Shown here in pieces: positions 56,301-64,000 of a stretch of DNA of 64,000 bases. The DNA is taken from NCBI RefSeq assembly GCF_964355755.1, contig NC_092675.1, forward strand, positions 18,138,912 through 18,202,911, read 5' to 3'. The stretch is from Antedon mediterranea (lineage: Eukaryota > Animalia > Echinodermata). The notes beneath the pieces were generated by a model. That model had not been told where the DNA came from. It did not search any database and worked only from the letters and a program-made list of their open reading frames with translations. Position 1 is the first letter of the stretch, and each line of letters opens with the position of its first letter. The translations under genes and the position numbers were made by a program.

Positions 56301-59300
56301 AGGGAAGAACAGCTGGTTATGATTAACATGTATTTTTTTTTTTCAGGGCTTTGAAAGTGTGTGAGGCATACATTGAAGCATGTAGCTCAGAAGAAAGTAT
56401 ATTAGAAGTTGGACAAGAAGATACAAAAGGTTGCATTGTGAGGAAGTGTTTGTTGTCTATTCTACGAGTACTGCTCAATTTAACACACGATAGTGGTAAG
56501 TGGCAGAACATAAATAATATAAATTATTATGATACCTGCATTTTTTTATATCTACTTGGTTATGGTTGACTGGTTTTGCTAATGTACTTTTCCAAGATTT
56601 TAACATCCCTCTCACTTTCAGTTTAGGTTCCATTTCAGGTTGTTGTCCTTTTATGGTTCACTGATTTTACTGTTTGTATCCAATAAAAAGTGAATAATTT
56701 ACTGGAATCTAATTAAAAAGCCATCTGGTTTCAAATCTGGTATTTACTATTATTGACAGAAAAATCAATCATTAATAAAAACTAATACCTTGTGTTTAAT
56801 GAGATGAAAATCTGAATATACCATGAATATAGATCTTGATAATTAAGTCAACTTAGTTATAGATAAGATAAAAGAACAAACGCCCGTATTCTTAAACCGG
56901 ACTTTAGTCGTAGTTCGAGCTAAAACTAAAAAAATGACGTCATTTTAATTCATAAACCGAACTTCAACTAAATCACCGACTAAATCAGGCCAACCTCGAC
57001 TAAATCGAGACGGATTTTGATCGATTTTTTTAGTCCTGGAGGGGGCAGACTAAATGGTCGACTAAATGTTTTTTAAACGATGTTTATAAAAAACGTAACA
57101 GTCATTGAGTTGTTATATTGGCCAGATATTGAAGAATGAAATATCTATATTTATATTAGCTTAATTAAATATACATTGGTATAAATTATAATAATGAAAA
57201 TCATCTTTATTTACAACTGTATACAAATTACATTTTTTTCTTCGCGCAAGTCCGACTTGAGCTACGTCACGCCATAGCGACAATGGGAGATGCGGCAATT
57301 CACCACGCGATGGAATGTTTAGGGGGCCTAGCGCTTTCTTGTCACGCTATGAAGTGCGTGGTTCGTGGCGATCATACTTTGTTGGGGGCCTAGAAAATAT
57401 AAAAGTTACCGTACCGCCATGGTTCCTAAATATATTTTAAAGATTTTATTTGTTGTTAATCAAATATACTTCACTGTTAAATTAATACTGATATTGTTCT
57501 AATAATTAACGATTAAAATTATTTTTCATGTATATAGTCCTGATGATGCGTAAAAAGTGTTGTAAGAAATGGAAAGTGATATCAATGCGCAAAATTTCGT
57601 CTGCTCCTCAAATACTCTCTTGTCATTGGCCAATGTATAGCCTTTGTTACCCAGACGTGTGCAACTCGACTAAAAGCTCGACTTCGTTAAGTCGAACTGC
57701 AAACTTCGACTACTTCGTTTTTGAATCGAATTTGAAGTAATAGCTCGAACTACGACTTTTCCAAGTCGAACTTCGAACTACGACTAAAGTCCGGTTTAAG
57801 AATACGGGCGAAAGTGTTTCCATTGGATTTTCCACCAGCCAAATATCTTGATAACACTTAATTAAAGATTTTATATAGACGAAGGCTAGATCGCAAAGAA
57901 CAATGTTATAGCAGTTCAAAAAGTGATTCTCCGTGGAGAGGGAACCAACTAGATGGCGGCTGCAATCGACCAATCAGATATGCCCTACGCAGTACGCACT
58001 ACTACGCCTGTGTTGAGCCTATCTGCGTGAGAACGATACGCAGCGTGTTAAGCGTATAAACGTGAAAACATTCTATATGATCCTCGTATACAAAAAATGC
58101 TAGATTACCAAGAAATTATTCATTCTATTGCGATTAACCAATATATTTAATTTTATAAAAAACTTCACTGTGCTTTGACAAGAACATGTGTTGTAATTTA
58201 TGTGGTCTTAATGTATTATATTAGATTATTATTTTTTATATTAAATAATGTTTTTGAACACACCTTTTGGAATCAATTTCAGTCTGGAGTGTACGCCCTT
58301 CTAGCCTTCGACTTTACCTCACTGGACTCAACTTAAATTCTATTATTTATATTCATAGAATGGGGATGTATCAAAGTAGGTGGACAAGACGAAATGATTA
58401 AGACAATCTTGCTGTGTGTGCTGCAAATCCCACAGCACATACCAACTGATCAACGCTTTGATTTACTTGTATTGGTAAGTATAAGTATTAGAAGTACCTT
58501 ACTATTAATAGTAACAATACTACTTCCTAATGCCATACTATGTTTCCTACTAAGGAAGTATATAAAATGGTATATAATTCATTAATTAGCTTGTGTGGAA
58601 AGGAACTGACCAACCTACCACATAATGCCAAGGCTTAGTACATAGAGCTCCTAACAGCTCATTCCCCTACGTTCAGAATTAATACAGGACTTGCCACCAA
58701 TATAGCATTATGTTAATGGAACCCCAAAATTAAAGTTTAATTGTCAAACAGCTTTTTACTGCTCTGTGTCTTATAGGTTGCATGTTCTGTTCAGTTTCCT
58801 TTAGTTTTATTTAAAATTAAGATTTTTTTCTTTGTGCCTTTAATACTTATCACCTATAGCAAGCAGTTGTACTAATTCTTCAGTGTATTACAATATAACA
58901 GCAGAACCACACTAGTTTGTTGTAAACAGTATGTATGCACAACTAGTTATATACTGTAATTGTAAACAACTCATCTCATTAATATTTGCAATCAATAATT
59001 TTCTTTCAGGGCCTAGGCTTGTTGATTAACTTGATGGAACATAGTCCAGGGAATTGTAAAGCACTTATTAACATAAAGACTCGATTTTCATACGATTCTA
59101 AACCTCAAGAGAATAGTAAATTCAACCTGGATGGAGACGCCACTGCTTTGCATGCTCTTACTCAGGTATAGTATTGTCAATTATTTTGTCATGTTTGTTG
59201 TGTAACCACGCCACTTAATACATATTCCGTCCTAGAATGTCGAGGGATTGCATGAGTTGAGAAAGCATGTTCCAGTATTTGCTATGAACATAACTAGTTC

Positions 59301-62300
59301 ATAGGTCATTGCAAATCAAAAGTTTCCTATTAATAGGACATAACTAGGTCCTAGCAAGTCAAATGCTCTCTATTAATAGGACGTAACTAGGTCCTAGCAA
59401 GTCAAAGGCTCTCTATTGATAGGACATAACTAGGTCCTGGCAAGTCAAAGGCTCTCTATTGATAGGACATAACTAGGTCTCCGCAAGTCAAAAGCTCCCT
59501 ATTAATAGGACATAACTAGGTCCTAGCAAATCAAAGGCTCTCTATTAATAGGACATAACTAGGTCCTAGCAAGTCAAAAGCTCCCTATAAATAGGACATA
59601 ACTAGGTCATGCAAGTCAAAAGCTCTCTATTAATAGGACATAACTAGGTCCCAGCAAGTCAAAGGCTCTCTATTAATATGACATAACTAGGTCCTAGCAA
59701 GTCAAAAGCTCCCTATAAATAGGACATAAATAGGTCATTGCAAGTCAAAAGCTCTCTATTAATAGGACATATCTTGGTCCTAGCAAGTCAAAGGCTCTTT
59801 TCTTTACATAGATGTACTTGCAACGTGAGAAAGCCGCAAAGTTAGCAGAGACGGCACCAGAATCGCCATCAAAACAAGATGGAGAATGGAAAGAATCGCA
59901 AGATGGTATGGAATGGATTACCATAGAAACAGAGGAAGGTCAGGAGTTAAGTGCTGATAGTCAAAAGGAGATTAAAAAGTCTATTAATAAGGGTAAGTTG
60001 TTTTTATACATATAAATCAAAAGGCAAATTACTGAAAACAAGCACGAATGTGCGATACTCGGGATACAGCAAAAGAAGCTGTAATGACATCATAAGACCG
60101 GATGTAACGTCACATACACATCAATAACCTCGCTGCCAAATACGGCTATACGGTACCATCTTCGAGACGTGATATGGCTGCGTGTTAAGCAGACGTGATA
60201 ACCACTACGCCAAGAAGTTGCATATAACAACATAACGCTGTGGTGTGTGTCACACATTGTGGCTTCTTATTTAAATAAAATAAATTAATTAAAAAATGCG
60301 GCTCTATAGCTTTAAGGACATGTCCCTATAGTATATTCATGCCAAATCCCAGCTTAATACTACAACGAATAAAGGGGGAGTAGTACTTTATAAATCGCAC
60401 TTTTTACTCACTAGTGTCCAGATGGAGAAGATTAGTGAGTCCTAGACTCGGGTACCCCGAGTAAACTGACAATGCTGTGGTATCAGTGACTGGATCTCAA
60501 TGGAGATACAAAAAAAAGTAAAACAGCCAGAAAAGTTAACAAAGCAAGTGAAAAAACCTGGACAAAGTAGATATTTGAATAAGAAAAACGCTGCCTGAGT
60601 AGTAGAATAAAAGAAATAAGAACAAAGGAGGCATAGGCTGGTGAATAGAGGGTGGAGAGGGGTAAGAATAGGAAACAAAGAAGATAGCTTGGTAGATATA
60701 AACAATATTGAGAATAGAACTAAACAAAAAAATCAAATGGTGGTTAATATTGAAACTTTAATTTAGGTAGTCAATGGAATAATTTTACTGATCTGGGAGT
60801 ATATTCCTAATGTTAAGTCCAAAAGGTTTTGTAGTTTTAATTAGTAATTCATTAAAGAGACCCACCACAGAGATCCATCCAGCCGGCGTCACGTCCGTTC
60901 GTTGTTTTGTAAAACAACAATAATTTGGTAAAGTACATTAATTATGGGGGTGTTCACTATCTAAGAGCCTATTAAACACGTGCGTCAACCACTGTGTAAG
61001 AAAAACATTTATTTATTTACATTCCTAAATTTACAATCGCGTATTCTGTAATTTTACTCTGATTCTATTCAATTGTTGTTTGACGTTCATCGCGGAGGCG
61101 AAATACATTCACCAATTTGGTTCAACAAATTACACAAGAAACTTAAAATCGTGAAAATAAAAGGTCGCGAAATAGTTAAAAATGTAAAATCGCGAAAATT
61201 TAGGGCCGCGAACATTTTGGGCTTTACAGTAGTTTATGTTTTTAACCTTTGGTGTCTTGTAAGCTATGTGACGCAATGCCTGACGTCAAATGATGATGTC
61301 ATAGTTTGTTTTTAACCTTTGGTGTCTTGTAAGCTATGTGACGCAATGCCTGACGTCAAATGATGATGTCATAGTTTGTTTTTAACCTTTGGTGTCTTGT
61401 AAGCTATGTGACGCAATGCCTGACGTCAAATGATGATGTCATAGTTTGTTTTTAACCTTTGGTGTCTTGTAAGCTATGTGACGCAATGCCTGACGTCAAA
61501 TGATGATGTCATAGTTTGTTTTTAACCTTTGGTGTCTTGTAAGCTATGTGACGCAATGCCTGACGTCAAATGATGATGTCATAGTTTGTTTTTAACCTTT
61601 GGTGTCTTGTAAGCTATGTGACGCAATGCCTGACGTCAAATGATGATGTCATAGTTTGTTTTTAACCTTTGGTGTCTTGTAAGCTATGTGACGCAATGCC
61701 TGACGTCAAATGATGATGTCATAGTTTGTTTTTAACCTTTGGTGTCTTGTAAGCTATGTGACGCAATGCCTGACGTCAAATGATGATGTCATAGTTTGTT
61801 TTTAACCTTTGGTGTCTTGTAAGCTATGTGACGCAATGCCTGACGTCAAATGATGATGTCATAGTTTGTTTTTAACCTTTGGTGTCTTGTAAGCTATGTG
61901 ACGCAATGCCTGACGTCAAATGATGATGTCATAATAAGTTATTAATATACTTTGGTATAAACAAACGTTTTGATTAATTGTGTTGTTTAACCTTTCTTGC
62001 AGCTCTAATCAAAGCAGGTAAACACATGGAGGATAGTATTGTGGCTTCATATTGTGCTCTGCTCTTAGGCTGTCTACTCAGAAATAACCAGGTATAATGA
62101 TATTTATTTGGAAAATAACACATTTGTAACATTGACAGTTGTGTTTAACAGTTTGTCCAAGAAGAATATAAAATAAAATAAACTTAAAACTGACAGATTA
62201 TTAAAATGAAATTACCAAATTAAACTTCCAATTTCTAATCTCAATGTCCAAATCTCTACCTTGAACTGAAATCCACTCCGCTACATAGCTAATATTTTGA

Positions 62301-62855
62301 TAAATACAAAATGTAGATGTTTTCAACATTTGAATTTGTATGCTATAACATTTTATTTTTATTTTAGGCAAATGTTAGGAGTGTTCGTGATATACTACCC
62401 AACAATGATTTTGCTTGTATGGTGGAAATGCTCAAAGGCTTTCTGGAGTTCATGGAAATGACGGTAAGTCAATCTAAGTTCTAGTAAGTATAATAATACA
62501 TATAAAATTTTAAAAAATGTAGAGAATTCATTATATTAAGAATGTTTTAAATAGGACTATACTATACTCTGACAGATTTCTATACTGTTTACAGTACTAC
62601 CTATCCTAGTTACATTAAAAAAAGATCATAATTTAATTGGTCAGCTGTGTTTTAATCTTAGATGGACTATACCATCCAGTAAGGTGCAAGCAATACATTC
62701 CCATATCATCATCCCTGCATTATTTGTATTATTAAGACAAATTTGTTGCATTTAAAACATTTTGTTTTTTAATGAATTTTTTTTTTCAGAATGCTGCGGG
62801 AAGTTCTGGAAGTAAATCAATATCAAAGATCATAGAAGTGTTTGAACTTCTTTGA
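50371..62855 (+). CDS. WAPL: Wings apart-like protein (cohesin release factor), 15 coding exons, about 1040 aa
   Basis: Exons 50371-51582, 52017-52088, 52324-52527, 52836-52972, 53726-53837, 54217-54459, 54857-54968, 55246-55423, 56347-56495, 58359-58474, 59010-59165, 59812-59992, 62003-62091, 62368-62463, 62790-62855 (TGA); total 3123 nt, in frame. WAPL peptides: KTYGK and DPFSF in the N-terminus, [82 protein letters not shown]. Confidence 0.95.
51677..51812. mobile_element. MITE family A copy
   Basis: TA|AAGCTCTGTCTACACTATCAAACT ... AGTTTGATAAAGTAGACTGAG. Confidence 0.82.
53439..53494. repeat. 14-bp tandem repeat, about 4 copies
   Basis: (TTATTATCATATTT)n. Confidence 0.75.
53946..54078. 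mobile_element. Degenerate pogo-like MITE
   Basis: TA|CAGTA...AAACCCCTATTAA ... TTAATAGGGGTTTCTACTG|TA. Confidence 0.55.
54498..54658. mobile_element. MITE family A copy
   Basis: AGCTCTGTCTACACTATCAAACT ... AGTTTGATAGTGTAGACAAAGCTT|TA. Confidence 0.88.
55068..55196. mobile_element. MITE family A, degenerate copy
   Basis: TA|AAGCTTTGTCTACA ... ATATCACTACCATATTT twice ... AGTTTGAGCTT|TA. Confidence 0.75.
55381..56235. repeat. 58/55-bp minisatellite (113-bp dimer) containing a WAPL exon end and donor site, about 15 monomers
   Basis: Unit TTATTAATTACAACCACTGCAGCCTGATAAATAGTCTAGCCCA|GTATGTTTTCATTCT; the first monomer overlaps exon 55246-55423. Confidence 0.95.
56881..57810. mobile_element. PIF/Harbinger-like non-autonomous DNA transposon, 930 bp, probably young
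   Basis: Perfect 38-bp TIRs CGCCCGTATTCTTAAACCGGACTTTAGTCGTAGTTCGA flanked by a 3-bp AAA direct repeat; CpG-rich interior with subterminal CGACTAAA repeats; no transposase ORF. Confidence 0.88.
58598..58698 (+). mobile_element. 3' fragment of the same SINE family as 11135-11282
   Basis: GGAAAGGAACTGACCAACCTACCACATAATGCCAAGGCTTAGTACATAGAGCTCCTAACAGCTCATTCCCCTACGTTCA closely matches the reverse complement of 11140-11240. Confidence 0.6.
59285..59798. repeat. 43-bp minisatellite, about 12 copies
   Basis: Unit AGGACATAACTAGGTCCTAGCAAGTCAAAGGCTCTCTATTAAT, running up to the acceptor at 59811. Confidence 0.95.
60036..60470. mobile_element. Second HINE/DINE-1-like element
   Basis: Starts AACAAGCACGAATGTGCGATACTCGGG, contains TTCATGCCAAAT, ends in hairpin ACTCGGG-TAC-CCCGAGT that reuses the ACTCGGG seen near the start. 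Confidence 0.55.
61241..61933. repeat. 70-bp tandem repeat, about 10 identical copies
   Basis: Unit TTTAACCTTTGGTGTCTTGTAAGCTATGTGACGCAATGCCTGACGTCAAATGATGATGTCATAGTTTGTT; no differences seen between copies. Confidence 0.97.
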
Positions 62856-63316
62856 GGTGTTAGGGTGATAACTTCACATTGTATTATAGATAGGATTTTG
62901 TTAGGAAAAAAATGTATGTAAGTATATCTGATCATTGATATATGGCACTGCTAATGTTAAAGAGAAGGAGCAATACAAACTTATAGGTATGTACATAAAA
63001 TTCTTTTTAGCCCTGGGTATTGTTATGCCTTCATAGCAATCTATACATACATGACGATTTACAGTCTATTTTGTCAACATGTAATTATGTCCTTTCCAGT
63101 CGATGTTTTAAAATTATATTATCAATTCTTATATATTGTTATGCACTGTGTCAATAATCATTTGATTGGTTGTGGTAATTAAATCAACGATTTTTGTACG
63201 GATTATGTTTGATGATTCAACGCAGTCAACTCTCACTCGTACTGTACAAAAGGTAGCTCTCTCAAAATAAACATTTGGTTGAGATCCCAAGCTTTTGGTA
63301 CTTTTGAAAATGCAAA

Positions 63317-63567
63317 CTAAATGTTAGACTTTGTGTTCCAGTCTACAGCTAAATGCTAGACTTTGTCGTCCAGCCTACTGCTAAATGCTAGACTTTTTAG
63401 TCCAGCCTACAGCTAAATGCTAGACTTTTTAGTCCAGCCTACAGCTAAATGCTAGACTTTTTAGTCCAGCCTACAGCTAAATGCTAGACTTTTTAGTCCA
63501 GCCTACAGCTAAATGCTAGACTTTTTAGTCCAGCCTACAGCTAAATGCTAGACTTTTTAGTCCAGCC
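63317..63567. repeat. 32-bp minisatellite, about 8 copies, downstream of the WAPL stop
   Basis: Unit CTAAATGCTAGACTTTTTAGTCCAGCCTACAG; lies just after an AATAAA at 63266-63271. Confidence 0.93.
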
Positions 63568-64000
63568 CAATGCTAATCAGTCTGAAATCAAGAAATTTAA
63601 AAAATGTTTAATTTAGATCAACTTTACTCTATTAATTAAAATTGATTTGAATTATTTACTGCATATGATTTCAAATATTAATGTAAATATATTGTTTATA
63701 ATTGACATTATTTTTGTGTACATTATGAATTAATTTTTTATGATAACCGTAGTAAAATGTTGTTAGTTTATCGGTGCATTCACATTACATAGTATGTTGA
63801 ACCACTGTTGAAATGTAAGGCAAACATAGATTGATTTCTGTGATGGGGAGCTTTCATCTTGTTCCTGAACCCATTGTAAAATATTGGCATTCAGTATTTA
63901 GAGCTTTTGGACAAATTATGTTGGATTTTCACTCGAAATTGAAGCCCGTGAAAATGAACATACAGTATATATATATATATTTTTTGGAAGCTCCATGACA

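Noticed and set aside
61241-61933. CRISPR-like array
   Set aside because: Head-to-tail identical units with no unique spacers, no cas genes, eukaryotic intron context. The same applies to the 30-, 32-, 43- and 58/55-bp arrays.

Overview
AT-rich, intron-dense eukaryotic (metazoan, probably marine invertebrate) genomic DNA; nothing prokaryotic, no CRISPR, rRNA or intact tRNA. Two plus-strand multi-exon genes can be spliced by hand with GT-AG introns and consistent phases. (1) WDFY3/ALFY (Blue cheese), N-terminus outside the window: about 63 coding exons from 971 to the stop at 45043 (10,314 nt, divisible by 3), with ConA-like, PH, BEACH, WD40, putative LIR and FYVE regions. (2) A complete WAPL gene: likely promoter about 49.1 kb, 15 coding exons from 50371 to 62855, about 1040 aa. 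The introns hold many non-autonomous mobile elements (a 10-copy MITE family, Harbinger-, pogo- and Kolobok-like MITEs, two Helentron/DINE-like elements, three tRNA-derived Deu/Nin-domain SINEs) and several minisatellites. No wholly new system is evident. The best leads are: a pair of apparently homologous alternative exons and extra microexons in WDFY3; tandem arrays that amplify WAPL splice sites (about 15 copies of an exon end plus donor); two DHTY (HCF-1-binding-like) motifs in WAPL; a Pro-to-Val change in a conserved BEACH motif; and SINE copies with swapped tails. Homology calls come from my recall of the human proteins and repeat families, not from database searches.
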